Source: an uncultured Gemmatimonadota bacterium (GTDB taxonomy: Bacteria; SM23-81). From it: a stretch of DNA of 34,619 nucleotides. Under the pieces are notes generated by a model that made no database searches, was not told the origin of the DNA, and worked only from the letters and a program-made list of their open reading frames with translations. Positions within the stretch are counted from its first letter, which is position 1. The number at the start of each line of letters is the position of its first letter. The DNA is taken from the NCBI GenBank assembly GCA_964584035.1, contig CAZOYL010000010.1:1-34619 (forward strand). Reading direction: 5' to 3'. Shown piece by piece: positions 27,040 through 34,619 of the stretch. Made by a program: the position numbers and the translations under genes.

Positions 27040-29487
27040 ATGAGGATCGGCCAGATGAAAAACAGGAATCAGAACAGCTTCATCGGTTTTTTTATCGTCT
27101 CGGCCATCGTGCTGATCGTCTATGTCCGCACCATGGCGGCCTCGGTTTCATTCTGGGACTGCGGGGAATTTATCGCCTGTGCCCATATTCTGGGCGTTCC
27201 GCACCCCCCCGGAGCCCCTCTGTTCACGTTGCTGGGACGGATATTCAGCCTGATTCCGCTGTTTGAGACGGTGGCCCGGCGGGTAAATTTTCTCTCGGCG
27301 CTCAGCGGTGCCCTGGCGGCCGGGATGCTCTCGGTCGTCGTCCAGCGGATTTCCAGATCCTGGTTCGGGGCGGACCTTGGCTGGAAGGGTATGGCACTGT
27401 CCGTGGTCGGCGGAGTGACCGCCGGTCTGTGGATGGCCTTCAGCGACACTTACTGGTCCAATGCCGTGGAAACGGAGGTCTACGCTCCGGCCACCTTTTT
27501 GATGATCCTGGCCGTCTGGGTGACGCTTCGCTGGCGAGAGGTGCGGGCTCAATCCGGAGGCGATCACCTGTTTTTGCTGCTGGTATACCTTCTGTTTCTG
27601 GGTATCGGCATTCACTTGACGGTTTTTCTCATCGCTCCGGCGATCTTTTTCTTCATTCTGCTGGTCGACCCGGAGCGGTTGCGGGATTGGAGGTTCTGGT
27701 TGGTATCGGCCGCACTGGGGTCAGTCATCATCTCCATGGGCGAGACCTTTCTGATGGCCAGCGGTGCAGCGCTGGTGTTGAGCTTCGTCGGCATGCAGTG
27801 GGGATCCCCCCTGGGGCGTGCTCGCTGGCGCTTCTGTTTCTGGATGGCCGCCGTGGGGCTGCTGGCTTTTTCGGTCCAGGCCTTCATTCCCATCCGATCG
27901 GTGCTGAACCCCATCATCGACGAGAATGATCCGGACAACTGGAAGGCTTTCATGTACTATCTGGAAAGAAAACAGTACGGTCAGGAGAGTATGCTGACGC
28001 TGATGTTCCAGCGAAAAGGCACCTGGGCCAATCAGTTCGGCGTTCATGCCCACATGGGCTTCTGGGGATTTTTCCGGCAGGGGTGGGCTCCGGCAGCCTG
28101 GTGGCCGGCGGTGCTGGGCATCGGTCTGCTGGGGATGGTGATCGGCTGGTTTCGAGAACGGAAGGTCTGGTGGTATCTGCTGGTGATGATGATCCTGTGC
28201 AGCCTGGTCGTCGTTCTGTGGATGAATTTCTCGGACGGAACCCGCGGCGTACAGCTGGAGGTCAGGAATCGGGACTATTTTTTCACACCGACCTATGTGC
28301 TGTATTCCCTGTGGATGGGACTGGGGGTCAGCGGATTGCTCTGGCTGGTGGCGCGGAAATGGGGGAGTTGGTCCGGCCGGGTGATTTTCTGGATCCTGCT
28401 GGTCGCTTTGCCGATCGCCCCGCTGGGCACCATGGCCTATAATTATCATCGCCATGACCGCTCCGCAAACTTGATCGCCCGCAGTTATGCCTACAATCTG
28501 CTGAATTCCTGCGATCCGGATGCTCTTCTGTTCACCAATGGGGACAATGACACCTTTCCTCTGTGGTATCTGCAGGAGGTGGAGGGAGTTCGCCGGGATA
28601 TCCGGGTGGTGAATCTGAGCCTGCTGAACACGCCCTGGTATATCAATCAGCTCCGGGACCTGGAGCCCAGGGTCTTCCTGGATCTGACCGATGGTCAGAT
28701 CGACCGCCTCATGGCCGTCCGCCGGCGGGATGGAACTGTCATGAGGATTCAGGATCAGATGATCCAGAAGATCATTGAGGACAACGACTGGCGGCGGCCG
28801 ATCTTTTTTGCGGTCACCATCCCGGAGGAGAACCGTATCGGCCTGGACAATCATTTTCTCATGGAGGCCATGGTCTATCGCCTGCTGCCGGAAGAGCGGA
28901 CCGCTGTCATGGACCTGGAGCGGACCCGGAAAAACCTCACTGAGGTGTATCGATATGACAGCATGGGCGATCCCAATGTATACAAGGATGAAAACACCCA
29001 GCGGCTGCTCTACAACCTTTCTTCGGCCTTCATCAGCCTGGCCAACGAATACTACAATGCCGGCCGGAAGGAGGAGGCCGAGGCCCAGCTGCGACTGGCC
29101 ACCGAGGTGCTCACCGGGGACTGGCGTCCCCACGCCTTTCTGGCCGATATTTTAGGGAAAAAGGGAGAATATACTGTCGCTCTGGAGCAGATCCGTAAGG
29201 CCATTGTGTCCCAGCCGGATTTTTACATCCTCCATCGCATGTTGGGCAGTTACTCTGCCGCCCTCGGCGACACCGCGGGAGCTCTATCGGCCTATCGGGA
29301 GGCCTACCGGTTGAACGCCTCCGCCCGCCCGGTGGTCCTGGAGCTGGCCGAACTCTATCTGCGGAGCGGCCGGGTCCCGCAGGCCAGGACGCTCCTGCAG
29401 GAGTGGCTTGCTCAGCATCCGGAGGATACGGCTGCGGAGACGCTGTTGCAGCGCAGCACCATCCCGCCGGGAGCCGCGGGATCGTGA
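27040..29487 (+). CDS. DUF2723 (TMEM260-like) GT-C membrane protein with C-terminal TPRs
   Basis: WDCGEFI...LGVPHPPGAPLF, ETEVY, NGDNDTFPLWY, NLSLLNTPWY; multiple TM helices; TPR-like tail. Confidence 0.88.
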   Translation: MRIGQMKNRNQNSFIGFFIVSAIVLIVYVRTMAASVSFWDCGEFIACAHILGVPHPPGAPLFTLLGRIFSLIPLFETVARRVNFLSALSGALAAGMLSVVVQRISRSWFGADLGWKGMALSVVGGVTAGLWMAFSDTYWSNAVETEVYAPATFLMILAVWVTLRWREVRAQSGGDHLFLLLVYLLFLGIGIHLTVFLIAPAIFFFILLVDPERLRDWRFWLVSAALGSVIISMGETFLMASGAALVLSFVGMQWGSPLGRARWRFCFWMAAVGLLAFSVQAFIPIRSVLNPIIDENDPDNWKAFMYYLERKQYGQESMLTLMFQRKGTWANQFGVHAHMGFWGFFRQGWAPAAWWPAVLGIGLLGMVIGWFRERKVWWYLLVMMILCSLVVVLWMNFSDGTRGVQLEVRNRDYFFTPTYVLYSLWMGLGVSGLLWLVARKWGSWSGRVIFWILLVALPIAPLGTMAYNYHRHDRSANLIARSYAYNLLNSCDPDALLFTNGDNDTFPLWYLQEVEGVRRDIRVVNLSLLNTPWYINQLRDLEPRVFLDLTDGQIDRLMAVRRRDGTVMRIQDQMIQKIIEDNDWRRPIFFAVTIPEENRIGLDNHFLMEAMVYRLLPEERTAVMDLERTRKNLTEVYRYDSMGDPNVYKDENTQRLLYNLSSAFISLANEYYNAGRKEEAEAQLRLATEVLTGDWRPHAFLADILGKKGEYTVALEQIRKAIVSQPDFYILHRMLGSYSAALGDTAGALSAYREAYRLNASARPVVLELAELYLRSGRVPQARTLLQEWLAQHPEDTAAETLLQRSTIPPGAAGS

Positions 29488-29512
29488 TCAGTTTTCCCGG
29501 GGAACAGAGAAT

Positions 29513-30613
29513 ATGGACCAGGGACGACATGGCGTAAGCGGTCAGAAAAATGAGAGAAAGATCCTCGTTCTCTGCCTGCCCGGCATTGGCGACACGCTCC
29601 TGTTCACCCCGGCGCTGCGGCTCTTGCGAGGGCGTTTCCCCGGAGACCGCATCTGGGCCCTGGTGATGTTCAAAGGCTCTCTGCAGGTCCTTGAAAAAAA
29701 TCCCCATCTGGATCGCGTGATTCTCTGGGAATTTCTGAAGGAGGGCCTGTTCCGTTCATTGAAGTTCCTGAGAGATCTTCGCCGTCAACGTTTCGACATT
29801 TCCATCATGGCCTATCCGGCCAATCGGATCGAATACAGCCTGGTGCATATTCTCATCGGGGCCAAAAGACGGTACGGTCACCGCTATCATCATCGCAACG
29901 CCAGCAGCATGAACTGTCTCCATGGCCGCACCATCCTGGAGGACGACCAGCGGCACAATGTCGAGGAAAATGTCGCTCTGGTGCATCTGCTGGGGGTCAA
30001 GGCCGCACCACCGGCCGCCCTGGAGCTCTATTTATCCGGGCAGGATCAGGCCTGGGCGCGTCGCTGGCTGCGAGAATGCCACCTGGAAGGGTCCCTGCTG
30101 ATCGGTATTCATGCCGGGACGGCCGAGTTCAAGAACCAGGCCCGGCGCAGATGGCCGGTGGAGAGATTCGCCCTTCTCAGCGACAGGCTGACCGAACGGC
30201 TGGGGGCTCGAACGCTCATCTTCGGAGGGCCGGATGAGAAGTCCCTGAAGCAGCAATTGCTCCGCTGTATGGATCATCCCGGTCTGATCGTTGACGGCAC
30301 CACGATGCGTCAGACGGCCGCTCTGATCGAACACTGCGACCTGTTCGTCAGCAACGACTCCGCTCTGATGCACACCGCAGCTGCGATGAAGGTCCCCTGC
30401 GTGGTGATCTTCGGGCCGACCAATCCGAAATGGGTCCATCCCTACGGAACGCCCTACCGTATCGTCCGCTTAGATCTGGACTGCAGCCCCTGTTTTTATT
30501 ATTCAGCCAGACCTCTGTGCTGCCGCAAGGGCGGTTTTCCATGCATCTCCGACCTCGGTGTCGAGCCGGCCCTTCAGGCGGCGGAGGAGCTGCTGTCCCG
30601 GGAGACACTTTGA
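29513..30613 (+). CDS. Glycosyltransferase family 9
   Basis: PGIGDTLLFTP, RRWP, SNDSALMH, IFGPT, CSPC. Confidence 0.9.
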   Translation: MDQGRHGVSGQKNERKILVLCLPGIGDTLLFTPALRLLRGRFPGDRIWALVMFKGSLQVLEKNPHLDRVILWEFLKEGLFRSLKFLRDLRRQRFDISIMAYPANRIEYSLVHILIGAKRRYGHRYHHRNASSMNCLHGRTILEDDQRHNVEENVALVHLLGVKAAPPAALELYLSGQDQAWARRWLRECHLEGSLLIGIHAGTAEFKNQARRRWPVERFALLSDRLTERLGARTLIFGGPDEKSLKQQLLRCMDHPGLIVDGTTMRQTAALIEHCDLFVSNDSALMHTAAAMKVPCVVIFGPTNPKWVHPYGTPYRIVRLDLDCSPCFYYSARPLCCRKGGFPCISDLGVEPALQAAEELLSRETL

Positions 30614-31644
30614 AGAGCACGCTGATCAGAATCCTGAAGGTCGTGGTCAGCCTGGGATTGCTGACCTATCTGGTCTGCCGGGCGGGACCTGCCGAGATGA
30701 TGGCCCTGTTTCGGACGGCCCATGCGGCCGGTCTGGCGCTGGCCTTGCTTGTCTATCTGAGCACCGTCGCTCTGATCTCCTGGCGCTGGCAGCTGCTGCT
30801 GGCCAGCCAAAAGGTGTCTTTGTCTTTCGGCCGGCTGCTGACCCTCTATTTCATCGGTTTCTTTTTCAACAATTTTCTGCCCACCAGCATCGGGGGCGAT
30901 ATCTACCGGGCTCTGGGCGCCGGCCAGTCCAGCGGCCGCAGGGCTACTGCCGCGGCATCGGTTCTGGTGGAACGACTCATGGGCATGCTGGCCGTTTCCG
31001 CTCTGGCTATCCTGGCCGTCGTCGTCGTGGTCCGCCGGTCAGCCGACGGCAGCGTTCGGGGCCTGACGCTGGGATTCGGCGTCGTCATGATCATCTTGAT
31101 GGCGCTCTTTTTCCACCGGCGCGCCTTCGGCCTGCTGGAAAAGCTGATCCGCCGGATCTCGCTGTGGGGTTTGGAGGAGAGGCTGCTGCGGCTCTATGAT
31201 GCGGTCAATATGTTTCAGCAGAATAAGGGCATCCTCACTGCGGCCTTCTTCCTGTCCCTGGCCTATCAGTTGCTCATCGTGGTGTTCAGCTTCCTGGTGA
31301 GCCGCGCCCTTGGGCTGGCCGTTCCGCTGCGATATTTTCTGCTCTGTGTGCCGTTTACGGTCATCATCAGCCTGCTTCCCATTTCCATTAACGGGCTCGG
31401 TGTGCGGGAGAGCGGGTATGTTTTTCTGCTGGCCAAGATCGGATACGACAGTTCCCAGGCGGTCAGTCTTTCGCTGCTCATCTACGGGCTCAGTCTGCTG
31501 GCCAGCCTGGTGGGCGGCATTGCCTATGTCTCATGGGGCAGCAAGACAAAAGCCGAGCGGCACATGGGTGTCCGGGATAGGTCGCAGGGGGCCCGGGACT
31601 CTGCCACAGCGGCGGAGCGCCATCGCATCAGGAGGAGCGGGTGA
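30610..31644 (+). CDS. LPG_synthase_TM / UPF0104 flippase-like membrane protein
   Basis: RW..LL, FFNNFLPTSIGGD, ER, LPISINGLGVRE; TTG start overlapping the GT9 stop. Confidence 0.88.
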   Translation: MKSTLIRILKVVVSLGLLTYLVCRAGPAEMMALFRTAHAAGLALALLVYLSTVALISWRWQLLLASQKVSLSFGRLLTLYFIGFFFNNFLPTSIGGDIYRALGAGQSSGRRATAAASVLVERLMGMLAVSALAILAVVVVVRRSADGSVRGLTLGFGVVMIILMALFFHRRAFGLLEKLIRRISLWGLEERLLRLYDAVNMFQQNKGILTAAFFLSLAYQLLIVVFSFLVSRALGLAVPLRYFLLCVPFTVIISLLPISINGLGVRESGYVFLLAKIGYDSSQAVSLSLLIYGLSLLASLVGGIAYVSWGSKTKAERHMGVRDRSQGARDSATAAERHRIRRSG

Positions 31645-33323
31645 AGAAAAAGGCAGGGGCCACAGGGACCGGTAAACGACAGGCCGGTCGGCCAACGCAA
31701 CCCCGCAAAAGGAAACCTGTTCAGCAGGCACATGCTCCCGGAAGCAGGAGCGTACCCCTGCTGAAGAAATATTTCTGGTGGGCTCTCGTCGGCCTGATCG
31801 CTCTGGCCGCCATCGGCAGCGTGATGGTATTTAACCCGAGCCTGTCCACCAATGGCGATAATGCTCTCTACATCGTTTTGGCCATGTCCTGGGCCGAGGG
31901 AAAAGGTAACAGCACCATCTGTACCCCAGGAGAACCGGCCAACACGATGGTGCCGCCCGGGTATCCGCTACTGCTGGCCCCGCTGGTGGCCCTCTTTCCG
32001 GACCACTGGCTGCCCCTGAAATGGCTCTCGACGGTGCTGTTCATCCTGTCCATAGCGGCCATCCTGTTCATGATTCGGGAGCGGGGGGAGGATCTCCCGA
32101 TGGCCTTCGGCGTGGCCGCGCTGGCCGCCATGAACGTCAACCTCCTGATTTCGAGCAGCCTGGTGATGACCGAGATCCCCTTCCTGTTTTTTTCGATCCT
32201 TGGATTGGCCCTGGCCCAGCGTTCTCTCCGGCCCGGAGCGGACCTCACGACGCCAAGGGCAAAGGTGCTGTTCGCTCTGGCGGTACTGTCGCTGGTCGGC
32301 GCCTACCATATTCGGTCCATCGGTATCGTCCTGCCCGCGGCTCTGGTCATCTTCCTTCTGCTGACCAGACGCTACCGGCTGGCCCTGGTGGCCGGGGCGG
32401 CCATCCTGCTGCTATCGCTTCCCTGGGCGGTGCGCAATGCCACCGGTGGTGAGGGGGGCGGGTATGCGCAGCAGTTTATGCTGCGGAACGCCTATAATCC
32501 CGAGCTGGGGACGATCACAATCGTGGATCTGTGGCACCGGATCGTGGCCAATCTCAAGACCTATGGTGTTTTTGTAAGCACCCAGGCCGTATTCCCATCT
32601 CTCTCGCCATTGCTTGGCTCTCGAGGCCCGACCGGAACGCTGGCGCTGCTGGGCATTGTGGTCACGGCCGCCATCATGACGGGGTTCATCGTTCAGGTCA
32701 GAAGATCGTTGACCCTGTTGGAGATCTATGCCGCCTTCTTTCTCGGCGTCTGCATCCTGTGGCCGGAGATGTGGAGCGGGATGCGGTTTATCGTGCCGGT
32801 CATACCACTGGCCATCTATTACTTTCTCGCCGGCCTGCGGGCACTCATGACGGTCCTGGACGCCCGGCTGTTTCGCCGGGCCGGCCAGCTTTTCGCGGCC
32901 GCCGTCCTGATGGCCGTGCTGTTTTCATCGGCCAGGGGTATGGCCCAGGAGGCCGGCCGGGTCCATCGCTATCCCGCCCAATGGGAAAATTATTTCGCGG
33001 CCGCCCGGTGGTGCCGCCACCACACCGATCCGGGCAGCATCTTCCTGGCTCGAAAACCTTCCTTGTTCTATCTCCAAGCGCGACAGAAGGTTCTCAACTA
33101 TCCGTATACGGCCGACAGGGCCGAGATGATGGCCTTTCTGGCCGATCATGAGGTCGACTACGTGCTCGTCGATGGATTCACCTGGACGGGGACCACGCAG
33201 CGCTACCTCATACCGGCGATCGAGGCGCACCGGGATCGCTTTCAGCCGGTCTATCGGTTGGAGAATCCCGATACCTGGGTGTTGAAGATCCTGCCGTCCG
33301 CGGAACCGGGGGAGAGACCATGA
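31641..33323 (+). CDS. GT-C superfamily (ArnT/PMT_2-like) membrane glycosyltransferase
   Basis: GDNALY, PPGYPLLL, MTEIPF, IRSIG, RFIVP motifs; about 11 TMs plus soluble C-terminal domain. Confidence 0.78.
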   Translation: MKKKAGATGTGKRQAGRPTQPRKRKPVQQAHAPGSRSVPLLKKYFWWALVGLIALAAIGSVMVFNPSLSTNGDNALYIVLAMSWAEGKGNSTICTPGEPANTMVPPGYPLLLAPLVALFPDHWLPLKWLSTVLFILSIAAILFMIRERGEDLPMAFGVAALAAMNVNLLISSSLVMTEIPFLFFSILGLALAQRSLRPGADLTTPRAKVLFALAVLSLVGAYHIRSIGIVLPAALVIFLLLTRRYRLALVAGAAILLLSLPWAVRNATGGEGGGYAQQFMLRNAYNPELGTITIVDLWHRIVANLKTYGVFVSTQAVFPSLSPLLGSRGPTGTLALLGIVVTAAIMTGFIVQVRRSLTLLEIYAAFFLGVCILWPEMWSGMRFIVPVIPLAIYYFLAGLRALMTVLDARLFRRAGQLFAAAVLMAVLFSSARGMAQEAGRVHRYPAQWENYFAAARWCRHHTDPGSIFLARKPSLFYLQARQKVLNYPYTADRAEMMAFLADHEVDYVLVDGFTWTGTTQRYLIPAIEAHRDRFQPVYRLENPDTWVLKILPSAEPGERP

Positions 33324-34000
33324 AACTGTCGGTCATCGTGCCGGTCTACAATGAGGAGAAGACGATCTCCGAGGTCATCCGGAGAGTGCGGGACGTTCCC
33401 CTGGAGAAGGAGATCATCGTGGTGGACGATGGCTCCAGCGATGGAACGGTCGCCATGCTCCGGGCGTTCAGCCGGGATGGACAAATCCTGCTGCATGAGT
33501 CCCGGGTGAATTTGGGCAAGGGGGCCGCCGTCCGGATCGGCCTGACTTACGCCAGCGGCGAGATCATCATCATTCAGGATGCCGATCTGGAGCTCGATCC
33601 CAACGAGTACGGCCGCCTGATAGAACCCATTCTGGCCGGACAGACCAAGGTCGTCTATGGCTCCCGGTTTCTGGGAAGCAACCGGGACATTCCCCGGATC
33701 ACGTTGGCGGCCAATAAATTCCTGGTGATGGTGACCAACCTGCTGTATGACAGTTGTCTGACCGATATGGAAACGGCCTACAAGGTTTTCTCCGCCGATG
33801 TGCTGAAGGACATCACCTTGCGCTGTATGCGGTTTGAGCTGGAGCCCGAGATCACGGCCAAATTCCTCAAGAAGGGTTACCGCATTCTGGAGCTGCCCAT
33901 CTCCTATCAGCCCCGAACCGTCCAGGGGGGCAAGAAGATCGGCTGGCGCGACGGCTACAAGGCCATCGCGACACTGCTGAAATACCGCTTGACCGATTGA
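33320..34000 (+). CDS. GT2 polyprenol-phosphate glycosyltransferase (Dpm1/ArnC-like)
   Basis: VIVPVYNE, VDDGSSDGT, NLGKGAA, QDADLE, YGSRF, TDMETAYK. Confidence 0.92.
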   Translation: MKLSVIVPVYNEEKTISEVIRRVRDVPLEKEIIVVDDGSSDGTVAMLRAFSRDGQILLHESRVNLGKGAAVRIGLTYASGEIIIIQDADLELDPNEYGRLIEPILAGQTKVVYGSRFLGSNRDIPRITLAANKFLVMVTNLLYDSCLTDMETAYKVFSADVLKDITLRCMRFELEPEITAKFLKKGYRILELPISYQPRTVQGGKKIGWRDGYKAIATLLKYRLTD

Positions 34001-34050
34001 ACCCGGCGCCGGACCCGGTGGCGGGGCGAACCGCTATCAAAGGGGGGCAT

Positions 34051-34619
34051 GTGAAGGTTCTCATAACGGGAGGAGCAGGGTTCATCGGGTCGCATCTGGC
34101 CGAACGTCTGTTGAACGATGGCGAAGAGTTGACCTTCATCGATGATCTTTCCACCGGTTCCAGGGAAAACTTCGAACACCTCACTTCCCATCCGGGATTT
34201 CATTGGGTAATCGATACCATTCTCAACCGGCCGGTTCTTGCGGAGCTCGTGTCCGCCTGTCAGATGGTCTATCATCTGGCCGCCGCCGTGGGGGTCCAGT
34301 ATGTTATCCAGAATCCCCTGAAATCTCTGCAGATCAATATCGAGGGGACCAACCAGGTGCTGGAACTGGCCAATATGCACGGCTGCCGGGTTCTGGTCAC
34401 CTCCACCTCGGAAACCTACGGGAAAAGTGAGCGCATCCCCTTCCGCGAGAATGACGATGTCATTCTGGGAGCAACCTCGGTCTGCCGCTGGGGATATGCC
34501 TATTCCAAAGCGGTGGATGAGTTCCTCTGCTTCGCCTACTACCGCGAGAAGAAACTGCCGGTGGTCGTGGCCCGGCTGTTCAATATCACCGGGCCGCGTC
34601 AGACCGGAGCCTATGGACT
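34051..34619 (+). CDS. NAD-dependent nucleotide-sugar epimerase/dehydratase (extended SDR), 3' truncated by window edge
   Basis: GTG start; KVLITGGAGFIGSHL, YHLAAAVG, STSETYG, RWGYAYSK (YxxxK), RLFNITGPRQ; not in ORF track because no stop codon lies within the window. Confidence 0.9.
   Translation, partial: MKVLITGGAGFIGSHLAERLLNDGEELTFIDDLSTGSRENFEHLTSHPGFHWVIDTILNRPVLAELVSACQMVYHLAAAVGVQYVIQNPLKSLQINIEGTNQVLELANMHGCRVLVTSTSETYGKSERIPFRENDDVILGATSVCRWGYAYSKAVDEFLCFAYYREKKLPVVVARLFNITGPRQTGAYG

Noticed and set aside
27721..29133. 470-aa minus-strand ORF
   Set aside because: Antisense shadow of the DUF2723 gene, expected in GC-rich DNA

Overview
GC-rich chromosomal window from a diderm bacterium; an FCB-like or candidate-phylum lineage is inferred from gene content only. 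No mobile element, CRISPR array, tRNA or rRNA was seen. Left part (+): M23 peptidase, comEC, secreted TPR protein and a lipoprotein, then an LPS cluster (msbA, GT9, three GT4, one antisense GT2, O-antigen ligase-like protein) and a bifunctional rel/spoT. Middle (-), the most interesting region: DUF3467, then a Soj/ParA ATPase fused to an AMPK-beta-type CBM48 glycogen-binding domain, an FlhG/MinD-like protein with a broken P-loop, a ParB-like N-terminal LAKGL peptide and a C-terminal amphipathic helix, a degenerate NucS-like PD-(D/E)XK protein, and a GH57 glycogen branching enzyme. I interpret this as a candidate glycogen-granule positioning or segregation system. Right part (+): FMN riboswitch with ribD-ribE-ribBA-ribH-nusB, a metallophosphoesterase, and a lipid-linked glycosylation cluster (DUF2723/TMEM260-like GT-C, GT9, flippase-like protein, second GT-C, Dpm1/ArnC-like GT2, partial SDR epimerase). 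All family calls come from motif recognition by eye, not from database searches.
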